The notes below the pieces were generated by a model. It made no database searches. It was not told where the DNA came from and saw nothing but the letters and a program-made list of their open reading frames with translations. This document shows, piece after piece, positions 48,581-59,292 of a stretch of DNA of 64,000 nucleotides (the stretch's first letter is position 1; the number at the start of each line of letters is the position of its first letter). Position numbers and translations under genes: made by a program. The DNA is from an uncultured Candidatus Binatia bacterium (GTDB lineage Bacteria; Desulfobacterota; Binatia; Bin18), in assembly GCA_965200965.1 (NCBI GenBank), contig OZ241744.1, positions 2,752,001-2,816,000 on the forward strand, written 5' to 3'.

Positions 48581-49420
48581 TTATTCCGACAGCTGGGGCA
48601 TGGACGCCGTGCGGTCCTTTGGCCGTCGTGACTTGCAGGCGCGAAAGATGTCCTGTCGAACTGGCAGTTGGTCGAGATGCAGGGAATGTCCGGTTGAGTT
48701 GTCGATCACGGCGTAGAGGAAAGAGTTCTGGTACTTGTCGTCTCTGATAATGAGGTCGGTGCAGTTTGCCTTATGCGTGGCGAGATAGGACAAATCGTGC
48801 TGTTTGATGACAAGGATGTGACGAAGATGAAAGAAGCGTAGTTTGTAATTCAGTGGATTTGGATAGGTGTACATTCGTCGATGCCGGACTGAGCCTTCTC
48901 CGTATGGGCCATGATCGTACTCGCTTTGATTGGCGTGCTTCGCATCCTTGTGCAGAGCAAAGTCATAATTGAGGAAATCACCGTCCATCAGAATTGACGT
49001 GACCATTGAGGAACTGTCGTTGCTCAGCAAGGCAAAGAGATAGAAGCAGGGGACCTCCACGGTGTCTTGTCCAACCTTGACCAGCGCCTTCCCACAAGGA
49101 AGACAGCTATTGTAATCGATCGTCAGGCCCCTTGGGTCTTTCCCATTAGTCTGCTGAATCAGCTTTTTTACCTCAAGGCCGAGAATTGAGTTGCTCGGCT
49201 TATGTCGCAGCACGATATCGGGCGTTATCAGCTTTCCAGCGTGAACCACTTCGACATTGGGAAGCGCCTGCCTGATCTCGTTGCCTAGCCAGAAATCGAA
49301 TGGATCGTCTTGAACTGTGCCAATCAGCGACGGAGCCCGCAGAGCAACGGGAATGACACCTTGCTGTATCTTCGCAGACAACTCCGCATATATCCTTTCA
49401 ACGAGTTGTATAGGATTCAT
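48581..49420 (-). CDS. Putative restriction endonuclease
   Basis: PD-x14-EVK (TPDIVL...GLEVKK); directly upstream of the MTase; more AT-rich. Confidence 0.6.
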   Translation of the reverse strand: MNPIQLVERIYAELSAKIQQGVIPVALRAPSLIGTVQDDPFDFWLGNEIRQALPNVEVVHAGKLITPDIVLRHKPSNSILGLEVKKLIQQTNGKDPRGLTIDYNSCLPCGKALVKVGQDTVEVPCFYLFALLSNDSSSMVTSILMDGDFLNYDFALHKDAKHANQSEYDHGPYGEGSVRHRRMYTYPNPLNYKLRFFHLRHILVIKQHDLSYLATHKANCTDLIIRDDKYQNSFLYAVIDNSTGHSLHLDQLPVRQDIFRACKSRRPKDRTASMPQLSE

Positions 49421-49885
49421 CAGAACTACGAGAGAAACGTTTGCCGCGACCCCTAATTCCTTTACCGAAGAGAATAAGTGCGTCCCTCTTGAGCTTGAGT
49501 CGTGATCCAATCACGGGGATCGTCCCACATAACCGTCCACATAATTTCGCCGAATAAGGAACCACCCGTCTTCGGAAAATGTGTCTTCCAGTCAGTCTGA
49601 CGATGCCAGGAGCTTAGGATTTGCCTTCCCAGCCGACTTGAATTCAGGCTTTTCTCCCCCCGATTCAATTCGCTCTCCACGGCCCTGACAATGGTACCGT
49701 ACATAGCATCACAAAGATCAGGGACATCACACTTTGCCTGACGATATAATTTCCAATGGGAGCCTGAACCTGTCCGGTTTGCCGGTGTCGGAGAATCGTT
49801 GTAGTAAAGCGTGGTTTCCTCCTTTTTCTTCTCTCCCGCCCATCGGGCAGGAGAGATTTCGATGTGGACGACAGGCCGGAGGCGG

Positions 49886-50431
49886 CTAGGCGGCCTGCTG
49901 CTGTCTGTCTCTCAGCAGCTTGGCGATGATCTGGTCAATGACCTGATCGGCCAGGGCGCGGACCTCGTCCTGGGTTTTGGGCTGGATGGGGTGTGTGACC
50001 AGGATCGGCTCGTAGTCCGGCAGACCCAGAGCGGTGCATTGGGCGTGGGCCGCGCCGATGAACTCGGTCGTGGTCACGTTGGCGGTTGGAATGCCCTGTT
50101 CTTCAAAAAAGATGACATCGTGCGAACTGCACGAAATACAGGCCCCTCAATCGCTGAGGGCTTCAATAACGGCGTCGCACTTCTGGCTGAGTTCGGCCTT
50201 CAGCGGCTCGGGCGCGGTGCGGGCGACCGTCGGTTTCATGCGGCGCAGGACATCCTTGACGCCGTACTGCTCGCGCAGCACTTCTTCCACCCGGTCGAGG
50301 AAGAACGCGCCTTTGGCCTTGCTGATGTCAAGCAGGCCCACAGTCTTGCCGGCCAGGGTCTCCAGTCGGGGGGCGAAGGCTTTGCGCTCGCGCTCTACGA
50401 CATCCGTCGGGTCAAGTAAAATATCTCCCAT
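49886..50431 (-). CDS. UGSC-family selenoprotein (in-frame UGA at 50147-50149)
   Basis: Two same-frame ORFs joined as ALSD-U-GACISCSSHD...GIPT; hairpin TCGTGC-AGTTC-GCACGA just downstream of UGA. Confidence 0.8.
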
Positions 50432-50445
50432 TGAACACCTCCTTC

Positions 50446-51534
50446 TCAGGTTTGGATTTCCTTGGTGGTCATGCGGCTGCCGGCGTCGGACCCGGCCCAG
50501 CCCTGGACTGCTGCCGAAAAGCGGCCAGCCGTACCGCCGGCCACAATGATAACGATATTTTCGGGTTTGGGAAACTTGGGGAAGAGCGTGTCGTCGGTCG
50601 GCGGCGGGCGGTCTTTCCTGGGCGTTCTGAGCATACTGACGCCGGCACCTTCGCCGCCGTTCACGCCGGGCCGGAGTTCGCGCAGCGGCCGGCGGATGTT
50701 CTCGTACAGGAATTGGCGCAGGTCGTTCTTTGACCAGCCGTCTTGGGCGAAGGTCTTGGCGTGTTCGGGGCAGACAACCAGGACGGTATCCGAAAAGAGC
50801 GGATAGTTTTTATGGTTCCACAGGCCGGCCATTGTCCAGCCCAGGGACAGCGCCAGCTGCTCGGCGCTGCGGCTGGCGTGATCGTTGATCTGGAGCGGCG
50901 AGTGACCACCGAACAGGGTCACTGTGCTCTGGTCGGGGCGGAAGCCTTTTTCAACGTGGAGCGGCTCCCACGGGCTGTCTTCCTCATTTTCGCCCACGCA
51001 GAAGGTGTACTGGGCGGGGTGGCCCATTGTGGCCTTGGTGATCTCGTGGGGCTTGGCCCCGCCAATGTTGATAATCATCAGCCGCAGGGCGCGGCCAATG
51101 GTGGCGTTGGCCCGGAAGCCGTGGCCGAGCGCGTTATGCCCGCAGTTTATCCCGATGCGCTGACGAATCGGGCCGTTGATAATCGTCATCGGCGAGGCCG
51201 AGAAGGTGGTGACGTTGATGCCGTGGATGCAGAACTGCTCCTCACACATCGCCTCGACCGCGGCCAGCACAGTCGGAAAATATGACGGGTGACAGCCGGC
51301 CATGACCGCGTTAATGGCGATCTTTTCCAAGCTGGCCCGACCGTAATTGGGGCCGATGGTGCCAATTTCCTCGTGCGGGTGACGCGTCGTGGCGGCCAGC
51401 AGGCGCGTCACCCGCTCCTGGGTCGGCGGGACAACCGGCAGGCCGTCCGTCACCCCCCGGGCGTACAGGAGTTCAACCGGGTCGTCGGCCTGGACCTCAA
51501 TCTGGTGTGAGGACAGTGGTGTTGTCGATGCCAT
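50446..51534 (-). CDS. Conserved hypothetical protein typically paired with UGSC proteins
   Basis: TDGLPVVPPT, KIAINAVMAGC.P, RANATIGRA.RL, ENEE.SPW. Confidence 0.8.
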   Translation of the reverse strand: MASTTPLSSHQIEVQADDPVELLYARGVTDGLPVVPPTQERVTRLLAATTRHPHEEIGTIGPNYGRASLEKIAINAVMAGCHPSYFPTVLAAVEAMCEEQFCIHGINVTTFSASPMTIINGPIRQRIGINCGHNALGHGFRANATIGRALRLMIINIGGAKPHEITKATMGHPAQYTFCVGENEEDSPWEPLHVEKGFRPDQSTVTLFGGHSPLQINDHASRSAEQLALSLGWTMAGLWNHKNYPLFSDTVLVVCPEHAKTFAQDGWSKNDLRQFLYENIRRPLRELRPGVNGGEGAGVSMLRTPRKDRPPPTDDTLFPKFPKPENIVIIVAGGTAGRFSAAVQGWAGSDAGSRMTTKEIQT

Positions 51535-51550
51535 AGCTGTGTCTCCCCGA

Positions 51551-52504
51551 TTATTTGATCGACTGCGGGTTCACCGGCGAGCCGACCGCACCGGTAATCG
51601 TCAGCGGCGGTGCGACAAACATGAACTCGTACACCCCGTCGGCGGCGCAGTCTTCGGCCAGTTCTTCAAGGTCAAAAATCTCTCCGACCAGCATTCCGGC
51701 GTGGACAATCAGAATCATGTGCAGGGGTTGGAAGATGTCGGGCGTTTCGTTGGGAATGACCTCCGTGCCCCAGGTGTCGGTGGCGTAGCCGGCAACCTGT
51801 TTGTCGCACAGCCACGAGGCGCAGGCCACCCCCAGCCCTGGCGCATCGCCGCCGCTGTAACTGCCCCAGTCGTTTTCGGCCCGGACCTGGGCGATCTGGC
51901 CGGTGCGGATAATAACGATGTCGCCGGTACCAACAGCCACCCGGCCCATTGCGGCTGCGGCGTCGAGGTCTTCGGGCTGAATCGCTTCTCCGGGGTCCAG
52001 CCATTGTTTGCCTTTGCAGCGGGGGATATCGAGCAACACGCCGCGGGAGATAATTTTACTCTTGGCGTTTTCAATCCCGTTTTTCTTGGCCCCGGTGCTG
52101 GTCACGGCCTCGGCCCCATAGCCGTTGTACATCTTGTCTTTGTACAGGATATGGGCCAGGGCGTCCCACTGGGTGGCGCACTGGAGCGGCATGGTTACGG
52201 CGTCGTCGGTATATTGCAGGTTGGGCAGATGCTTCTGGGCACCGACGGCGATGTCGCCCCCGTCCTGGATCATGAAATGAATAGGATTAAAGCGTCCAAA
52301 GGCACCGGTCTGCGGGCCTTTGTCGTCAAAGGGAATGGCCAGCGAGATGGACTTGCCCCGGGTGACGAGCTTTGCGGCGTTGACCACTTTTTCGGGGGTG
52401 ATGTAGTTCAGTGTGCCGAGCTGATCGTCGGCCCCCCACTTGCCCCAGTTCTTATATTTGTCGGCCAGGGCTTCGATGTCTGCCATTGAGTATTGGTGTC
52501 CCAT
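51551..52504 (-). CDS. Cyclase family (kynurenine formamidase-like) metal hydrolase
   Basis: NWGKWG.DDQLGTLN, TQWDALAH, RGVLLD, GSPVNP. Confidence 0.9.
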   Translation of the reverse strand: MGHQYSMADIEALADKYKNWGKWGADDQLGTLNYITPEKVVNAAKLVTRGKSISLAIPFDDKGPQTGAFGRFNPIHFMIQDGGDIAVGAQKHLPNLQYTDDAVTMPLQCATQWDALAHILYKDKMYNGYGAEAVTSTGAKKNGIENAKSKIISRGVLLDIPRCKGKQWLDPGEAIQPEDLDAAAAMGRVAVGTGDIVIIRTGQIAQVRAENDWGSYSGGDAPGLGVACASWLCDKQVAGYATDTWGTEVIPNETPDIFQPLHMILIVHAGMLVGEIFDLEELAEDCAADGVYEFMFVAPPLTITGAVGSPVNPQSIK

Positions 52505-52610
52505 GCGCTGCTCTCCTTTTGGACGAATCGTTTTGTCTTCCTTTCGAAAGGTCAGGACGATTCATCGCTGTCTTTCCACATCTGACAGCTATCCGTCAAG
52601 CGATGAGAGA

Positions 52611-53555
52611 TCAGGTTCCGAGCCGTGTGCCGGGCACTTGGGGATGACCCTTGAGAAACTCGGCAACGGCCAAGCGCTTTTTCCCGGCCAGTTGCACTTC
52701 TTCGAGAGCCAGGATTCCGCGGCCGGTGGCGATTAGCAGTTGGCCGCGGGCAGACCGGACTACAGTCCCCGGTGCTGCGCCGGAGACCGGGGGGTGGGCC
52801 AAGTGGGCGGCGTGGATTTTGAGCAGTTTGCCCCCCAGGCTGGTGTAGGCCGATGGCCAGGGGTTGAAGGCCCGAATGCGTCTTTCAATACTGGCCGCGT
52901 CCTCGGTCCAGTCGATGCGACCGTCTTCTTTTTTGATGGCCGTGGCATAGGTCGCTTGGCTCTCATCCTGTGGCCGGGCGACGAGCCGGCCGGCTCTGAA
53001 CAGGCTCAAGGCCCGGTTGAGCGTCTCGGCCCCAAGGGCAGCCAGGTTATCGTGCAGGCTGCTGCCGGTTTCTGTTGCGCTGATGGGCAGGGCTTTTTGC
53101 AGCAGGATATCGCCGGCGTCCATCTGTTCATTGACCCGCATGATGGTGATGCCGGTCTGGGTCTCACCATTGACAATCGCCCGCTGAATGGGGGCCGCCC
53201 CCCGGTATTTGGGCAGCAAAGAGGCGTGGACATTGATGCAGCCGTGCAACGGCAGGTCAAGCAGGCCCTTGGGCAGCAGCTTGCCATAGGCCGCAATCAC
53301 CAGCAGGTCGGGCCGCCAGGCGCACAACCGTTCCAGGACCTCGGGCGGGCGCAGCTTGGCCGGCTGGAAAATGGGAATATCGTGTTCGAGAGCACAGGAT
53401 TTGACCGCAGAGGGGTACCGCGCCAAGCCCCGACCGGCCGGTTGGTCGGGCTGGGTCACTACACCGATGAGGGGGTCTTCGCGCGTCATCAGAACCCGCA
53501 GAGATGGTACGGCAAATTCCGGCGTGCCCATGAAGACGAGACGCAGAGGTTGCAC
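52611..53555 (-). CDS. fmt: Methionyl-tRNA formyltransferase
   Basis: FMGTPEFA, NVHASLLPKYRGAAPI, MDAGD. Confidence 0.98.
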   Translation of the reverse strand: MQPLRLVFMGTPEFAVPSLRVLMTREDPLIGVVTQPDQPAGRGLARYPSAVKSCALEHDIPIFQPAKLRPPEVLERLCAWRPDLLVIAAYGKLLPKGLLDLPLHGCINVHASLLPKYRGAAPIQRAIVNGETQTGITIMRVNEQMDAGDILLQKALPISATETGSSLHDNLAALGAETLNRALSLFRAGRLVARPQDESQATYATAIKKEDGRIDWTEDAASIERRIRAFNPWPSAYTSLGGKLLKIHAAHLAHPPVSGAAPGTVVRSARGQLLIATGRGILALEEVQLAGKKRLAVAEFLKGHPQVPGTRLGT

Positions 53556-53860
53556 AGCGCTGATTACCTGTTAGTGATTTCGCAGGAAATCACTCTTCGT
53601 CGCGTTTCGTGCCCTTGGCAAGCAGAGGAGTATACTTACCGCACCCCTCTGTGGAACTTTTGAAGGAATGTGATGGCTCGGGATTTTGTCTGAAAATTGC
53701 CGCGTACTTCGTCTCCCGTGGAGTATTGGACAGGAATCTCATACCGCACAACTTGCATGGCGGGCGCAGTTTCATCATGGGATGCAATGAACTGAACAGC
53801 TATTGATACTGACGAACAGTTGGGGATGGGCGCTCGGCTGTTCTCTCATGCTTCGACAGG

Positions 53861-54406
53861 TTAAGACGATTCATCTTTCGGCTCTTTATCGGCTTTGAGC
53901 GGCCGACCTTCGCGGATCAGCTTCTTGACCCGTTGGCTGTAGATATCCCGCTTGAGGCGGCTGATGCGGTCAATAAACAGTTTGCCGTCAAGATGATCGA
54001 GTTCGTGCTGGAGAGCCACGGCCAGCAGGTCTTCGGCCTGGATGGTGATTTCTTTCTGGTCAAGTGTCCAGGCGTTGACTTCGACCTTGGCGGCCCGTCT
54101 GACCTCGGCGGTATAATCAATGACGCTCAGACAGCCTTCTTCCCAGACCAGACAGCCTTCACTGGCGGTGATGCGTGGATTGACCAGTTTCAGCAGGTCT
54201 TTGCCGGGTTCCTCGTGATTCACGTCAAGCACGACAATGCGCTGGGTCGTGCCGAGTTGGGGGGCGGCCAGACCAACGCCCGGGGCGTCGTACATGGTTT
54301 CCACCATATCCCCAATCAAGCGCACCAACTCGCCATCCATGTTCGTGACCGGGGTTGAGGTTTTGGTCAGGCGCTTATCTGGAAAGTGCAGAATTTCTCG
54401 TATCAT
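53861..54406 (-). CDS. def: Peptide deformylase
   Basis: GVGLAAPQ, EGCLS, QHELDHLDG. Confidence 0.98.
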   Translation of the reverse strand: MIREILHFPDKRLTKTSTPVTNMDGELVRLIGDMVETMYDAPGVGLAAPQLGTTQRIVVLDVNHEEPGKDLLKLVNPRITASEGCLVWEEGCLSVIDYTAEVRRAAKVEVNAWTLDQKEITIQAEDLLAVALQHELDHLDGKLFIDRISRLKRDIYSQRVKKLIREGRPLKADKEPKDESS

Positions 54407-54414
54407 CAGGCCCT

Positions 54415-56739
54415 CTATAACATACTATACGGATCAACATCAACGATTGTGCGCAAGGTGGGCCGGCCTCGCGCCGCGCTCGGCCCGCCGTCGTGCAGGA
54501 GTTCTTGACGAACCTGCCGGACCAGGCTGTGCAGGGCGCGGGGGCGTTTGCCTTTGAGCAGCAGGTGCCAGCGGACGCGGCCTTTAATCTTTTCAATCGG
54601 GGCTGGGGCCGGACCTAGCACAGCGGGTGAGCCGTGGTCTTCTTTGATGAGGGCCTGTAAACGCCGGGCAAAGCGCTCGGCGTAGGCCATGACTGTTTCA
54701 CTGTCGGCGCTCTCAAAGCGGATATTCACCGCGCGGGCAAACGGGGGGTAGTCGAGCCGCTTGCGGTAGCCCAACTCCTGCTTGGCGAAGCCGGCGAAGT
54801 CGTGCTGAAGTGCGGCCTGGATGCTGTAGTGAGCGGGCGAGTAAGTCTGAATGATGACCCGCCCAGGGTCATCTCCGCGCCCGGCCCGGCCGGCCACCTG
54901 AGCCAGGAGTTGAAAGGTTCTCTCCGCGGCACGGAAGTCGGGCAGGTTGAGAGAGATATCGGCCAGCAGTACGCCCACCAGGGTGACGCTTGGCACATCG
55001 TGCCCCTTGGCAATCATTTGGGTCCCGACCAGAACGTCAAGCTCCCCTGCCCGCCAAGTGCCTAAAATCCGGTCCAGCGCGCCTCGCCGGCGGGCGGTAT
55101 CGCGGTCGAGCCGACCGACCCGGGCGCTGGGTATCAAGCGTGTCAGGGCCTCTTCCACCTGTTGGGTCCCGACTCCACTGTCCCGCAACAATGCACTCGA
55201 ACAACTCGGACAGCGCTGTGGCGGAGGTTTGGAGAAGCCGCAGTAATGACAGCGCAGCGCACGGTCGGCGCGGTGCCAGGTAAGCGTCACGCTGCACTGC
55301 CCACACGCCACTGCCTGCCCGCACTGGCGACACTGGAGGTAGTTCGCATACCCACGGCGATTCATGAACAACAGACTCTGCCGACCGGCTTGATGATTCT
55401 CTATCAGAGCCTGTTGGAGGGGGACCGAAAAAATTCGAGTTGGACTGCACGGCTGGAAAGATGGATCGTCTTGCGGCCGGCCTTGGCGGCGCAGGTCTAC
55501 GACCTCCACCTCTGGGAGCGGACGCGAAGCGATCCGTTGAGGCAGGCTCAGCAGGGTGTAGCGCTTGGACTGGCTATGCAGGTAGCTTTCGAGCGAGGGG
55601 GTGGCCGAGCCTAGGACCACTGGGCAGGAGGATATCCTGCCGCGGACGACCGCCAAGTCTCTGGCATTATATCGCACGCCCTCTTCCTGCTTGTATGCGC
55701 CGTCGTGTTCTTCATCAACCACGATCAGACCCAACCGGCTCACCGGGGCAAAAATCGCCGAGCGAGCACCAATGATGACCTGCGCCTCTCCGCGTGCAAT
55801 CCGCTGCCACTCAGCCCAACGCTGGCTGGGTCGCAGGCCGCTGTGCATCACGGCGACCTGCGACCCAAAACGCTGCCGGGCGCGTTCAACCAACTGGTGG
55901 GTCAGCCCGATCTCCGGGACTAGCATCAGCACATGCTTGCCGCTGCGCAGGGCGGCGTGAGCGGCGCGGACATACACCTCGGTTTTGCCGCTGCCAGTCA
56001 CCCCGTGGAGCAGGAACACCCGAAAAGCCACTGACCCAAGGGCGGCGCTGATCTGGGCGTAAGCAGCTCCCTGCTCAGACGAGAGGCAGAAGGGAGGAAC
56101 GCTCGTCCCGGTTCCGGCCGGGGCCAAGTGGGCTTTGGGCTGTCGTGTCTGCGGGATATGCTCCCGGACGGTGAGCAGATTTTGGGCTTCCAGACTGTGC
56201 AGAATTCTGCCAATCGGCAGGCTGGGAAAGCGCTGACTGAGGGATTTTGTTGTGACCTGCTTCCTGGTCACAACAAAATCCAGGATTGTTCTTTCCCTCC
56301 CGGTCAGTTCCAGAGCGCCCTTTTGAACATCAGGTCCATCACTTTTGACTTTTGACTTTTTCACCAGCGTCACTACCCGCTTACTCTCACGCCGCAAGCC
56401 GCTGGGCAGTATTGTGCTCAGTATGTCGCCTAACGACGCCAGGTAGTAATTGGCTGTCCACCGCCACAATTCCATCATTTCTTTCGAAAAAACAGGGGTT
56501 TCATCAAGAACATCAAGGATGTACTTCAAATTTTTACCAGCCAGATCGTGCGAAGGGCTGAAGCGGGTCACAATGCCAGTCATTTTCCGACGGCCAACGG
56601 GCACAAGAACCCGCATACCAGGGAGGACACCTGCCTGAAACACCTTGGGGATGGCGTAGGTAAGTTCCTGGTGGCAGCCAATTGGAGCCGTAACCACCAC
56701 ACAAGCGAAAGGAAAAGATGAAGTTTTCGCCTCAGACAT
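54415..56739 (-). CDS. priA: Primosomal protein N' helicase
   Basis: GVTGSGKTEVY, DEEHD, SATPS, CxxC clusters, GTQMIAKG, QVAGRAGR. Confidence 0.97.
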   Translation of the reverse strand: MSEAKTSSFPFACVVVTAPIGCHQELTYAIPKVFQAGVLPGMRVLVPVGRRKMTGIVTRFSPSHDLAGKNLKYILDVLDETPVFSKEMMELWRWTANYYLASLGDILSTILPSGLRRESKRVVTLVKKSKVKSDGPDVQKGALELTGRERTILDFVVTRKQVTTKSLSQRFPSLPIGRILHSLEAQNLLTVREHIPQTRQPKAHLAPAGTGTSVPPFCLSSEQGAAYAQISAALGSVAFRVFLLHGVTGSGKTEVYVRAAHAALRSGKHVLMLVPEIGLTHQLVERARQRFGSQVAVMHSGLRPSQRWAEWQRIARGEAQVIIGARSAIFAPVSRLGLIVVDEEHDGAYKQEEGVRYNARDLAVVRGRISSCPVVLGSATPSLESYLHSQSKRYTLLSLPQRIASRPLPEVEVVDLRRQGRPQDDPSFQPCSPTRIFSVPLQQALIENHQAGRQSLLFMNRRGYANYLQCRQCGQAVACGQCSVTLTWHRADRALRCHYCGFSKPPPQRCPSCSSALLRDSGVGTQQVEEALTRLIPSARVGRLDRDTARRRGALDRILGTWRAGELDVLVGTQMIAKGHDVPSVTLVGVLLADISLNLPDFRAAERTFQLLAQVAGRAGRGDDPGRVIIQTYSPAHYSIQAALQHDFAGFAKQELGYRKRLDYPPFARAVNIRFESADSETVMAYAERFARRLQALIKEDHGSPAVLGPAPAPIEKIKGRVRWHLLLKGKRPRALHSLVRQVRQELLHDGGPSAARGRPTLRTIVDVDPYSML

Positions 56740-57436
56740 TTGACAATCTACTTTTTGTTTGCCATAGTAACTATCGGAAGGGCTGTAACATACCCCGGAT
56801 ATTGGCACAAGCTCGGTAAAAATGATTCGGAATACAGGTGAGACACTTGATCCGCTGGTTTCGGCAATACGGGTCAGCAGCTATCAGGGCAAAATACGGC
56901 CTGACGGCCTGTATCGGTCACAAGCAGGACGACCTCAGACATGGGAAACAGGGATTCCGTACCTGCGTGCGGGAACGGCCGGAAATAAAGATGAATTACC
57001 GGTTTTGGACCGGCGGCAGGAGCGTAGAGCATCAGACGATGCGTGGGAAGGGAGAACGACGGTATTGGCTGGGACACTCGGAGGCTTGGCTGTCAGTGGT
57101 GAGGCGGGGCGGTGGAGTGGTGGAAGCGAGGGGTAGTGCGCTTCTTGACTCCGAGCCTCCGAGTGTCCCTGTCGATGTGGTAAGCGGGTGGTTGCGGTAG
57201 TGGAATGACAGGGATCAGATAGGGGTGAGGGGGAGGAAAATATTTCCTCAAATCCTTGTGTCACCTCCACCCCTATCAAAAAATTTGCCTTGAGACAAGA
57301 GCGGCAACACATATGCGCCTGCTCAGGGAGAAGAAAACAGCAGCAGGGTGGGAGAGCAGGGGGAATAGGCCTCAGGTCAGGACGGTGTGTTGGGGAGGAA
57401 TGACGGTTGGGATTCCTGACCGGAAGGTCTGCACCT

Positions 57437-57988
57437 ATGCCGGACAATATCATACTGACCGGCTTCATGGGGACTGGCAAAACCCAGGTCGGCAGACGGC
57501 TGGCCAGGCGGCTGGGGTGGCCGTTTGTTGATACAGACCTCGTTATCGAACGAGAACTCAATATCTCTATCCGACAGCTCTTTGCGGAAAAAGGGGAAGC
57601 CTGTTTCCGCCAGCAAGAACGGTCGGTGATCGCCCGGGTATGCCAATACCAACGGCATGTTATTGCGACCGGGGGCGGAGCGATTGTTGATCCGGCCAAC
57701 GCCCAACAGTTCAAAAACAGTGGTTTGGTGGTGTGTTTGACCTCGGCCCCTGAGGTTATTTTCGCCCGGGTGCAGGGGAATACCGACCGGCCGCTCTTAC
57801 AGGCCGAAAAATCGAAAGGAAGCCACGATGATTCCTCTTTCGAGCCACTCGCAACAATTCGGACCCTGATGGCAAGTCGGGCTGACGCCTATGCCAGAGC
57901 ACAGATCGCTATTGACACCTCGCAGCAGAGTGTGGAACAGGTTGTTGCAGCAGTCCTGAGCGTATATCGGGACTACGCCAGAGCCTGA
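57437..57988 (+). CDS. aroK: Shikimate kinase (with palindromic insert)
   Basis: GFMGTGKT, GE..FR, ATGGG, RPLL. Confidence 0.96.
   Translation: MPDNIILTGFMGTGKTQVGRRLARRLGWPFVDTDLVIERELNISIRQLFAEKGEACFRQQERSVIARVCQYQRHVIATGGGAIVDPANAQQFKNSGLVVCLTSAPEVIFARVQGNTDRPLLQAEKSKGSHDDSSFEPLATIRTLMASRADAYARAQIAIDTSQQSVEQVVAAVLSVYRDYARA
57812..57846 (+). repeat. 35-bp palindromic element, in-frame in aroK
   Basis: TCGAAAGGAAGCCACGATGATTCCTCTTTCGAGCC = SKGSHDDSSFEP. Confidence 0.9.
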
Positions 57989-58019
57989 AAAGGCAGGACA
58001 CCTGTTCGTACCTCTGCCT

Positions 58020-59159
58020 ATGGAGAGCATCACCGTTCATCTTGGCCAGCGTTCCTACCCGGTCAGGATCGGGTCTGGAGTTGTGACCCGTCTCGGCCCG
58101 CTGTTGGAGATGAATCATCCTGATACGCAGTCGAAAGGAAGCCACGACGATTCCTCTTTCGAGCCGGGCCTGACCGCCAGGCGCGTTGCGGTGGTGACGG
58201 ACAGTAATGTCGCGCCATATTACCGTGAACCGCTGGTACAGAGCCTGACCGGGGCCGGTTATGAGCCGTGGGTGATTGTACTGCCGCCCGGTGAACAGCA
58301 AAAGGACTTGGCAACGCTGTCTCTGGTGTATGACAAACTGATTGAAGGACGGATTGAACGTCGTTCTCCGTTGATCGCTCTGGGCGGAGGAGTGATCGGT
58401 GATCTGACCGGATTTGCCGCGGCGACATTTCAACGCGGCGTCCCCTTTATCCAGGTGCCGACAACGCTGTTAGCCCAGATTGACGCCAGCGTGGGGGGGA
58501 AAACCGCGGTCAACCATCCGGCTGGCAAGAATTTGATCGGAGCTTTCTATCAACCGCGTTTGGTCCTCATTGATGTTGATACGCTCAAAACCCTGCCCCA
58601 ACGCGAGTTTGTGGCAGGGGTTGCAGAGGTGATCAAGTACGGGGCGATTCTGAGCCCAGACTTGTTCGCCCTCTTGGAGGAGCAGCTCGACCGCTTGCTC
58701 GGGCTGGAGCCGATGTTGCTGACCTCGATCATCAAGACCTGCTGTCAGCTCAAGGCGCAGGTAGTTGAAGCGGACGAGCAAGAAACCGATTACCGGGCAA
58801 TTCTGAACTTCGGACATACCCTGGGTCACGCGGTTGAGAGAGCGACCGGGTATGAGCGGTTCCTGCACGGCGAGGCAGTCGCCATAGGTATGGCGTTTGC
58901 CGCCAAGCTGTCGCTCCAACGCGGTCTGTGTGGAGCGGCAACCCATGACCGCCTTGTGGGATTGCTCCAACGGGCCGGTTTACCGGTTGATATCCCGCCG
59001 GACATTGCCCAGGAGCATCTCCGTACAGGCATCGGGGCAGACAAAAAGGTCTCGGCCGGCAAGGTCAAATTCGTCTGTCTCGAGCAGTTCGGCAAGACTC
59101 GCTTTGAGGTGCTCAGCACCGCCGAAATTGTCCGCCACATATCCCAGGATGAACGATGA
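58020..59159 (+). CDS. aroB: 3-dehydroquinate synthase (with palindromic insert)
   Basis: GGGVIGD, PTTLLAQ.DASVGGKT, KNLIGAF, LNFGHT.GH, HGEAV. Confidence 0.98.
   Translation: MESITVHLGQRSYPVRIGSGVVTRLGPLLEMNHPDTQSKGSHDDSSFEPGLTARRVAVVTDSNVAPYYREPLVQSLTGAGYEPWVIVLPPGEQQKDLATLSLVYDKLIEGRIERRSPLIALGGGVIGDLTGFAAATFQRGVPFIQVPTTLLAQIDASVGGKTAVNHPAGKNLIGAFYQPRLVLIDVDTLKTLPQREFVAGVAEVIKYGAILSPDLFALLEEQLDRLLGLEPMLLTSIIKTCCQLKAQVVEADEQETDYRAILNFGHTLGHAVERATGYERFLHGEAVAIGMAFAAKLSLQRGLCGAATHDRLVGLLQRAGLPVDIPPDIAQEHLRTGIGADKKVSAGKVKFVCLEQFGKTRFEVLSTAEIVRHISQDER
58131..58165 (+). repeat. 35-bp palindromic element, in-frame in aroB
   Basis: 34/35 identical to the aroK copy. Confidence 0.9.
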
Positions 59160-59191
59160 TCCCTTCCTGATGAGGGGGTCATCATCGTTCA
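59150..59191 (+). terminator. Stem-loop at aroB 3' end (no U-tract)
   Basis: TGAACGATGAT...ATCATCGTTCA arms with inner CCCTTC/GAGGGG. Confidence 0.45.
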
Positions 59192-59292
59192 CCTCGCTCT
59201 CGGTCTTCCCCCCACCGACTCACGGTTGATCGAGAGCATCGGACGTTATACCCTGAGACGAGTCGAACGCTCCGAATCCGTACAGGTATCCT

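Noticed and set aside
53556-53860. Short ORFs or ncRNA between def and fmt
   Set aside because: No recognisable motif or convincing structure by eye.
56822-57400. ORFs or RNA gene in the priA-aroK intergenic region
   Set aside because: Purine-rich with no coherent protein or tRNA/ncRNA signature that I can support; needs an Rfam scan.
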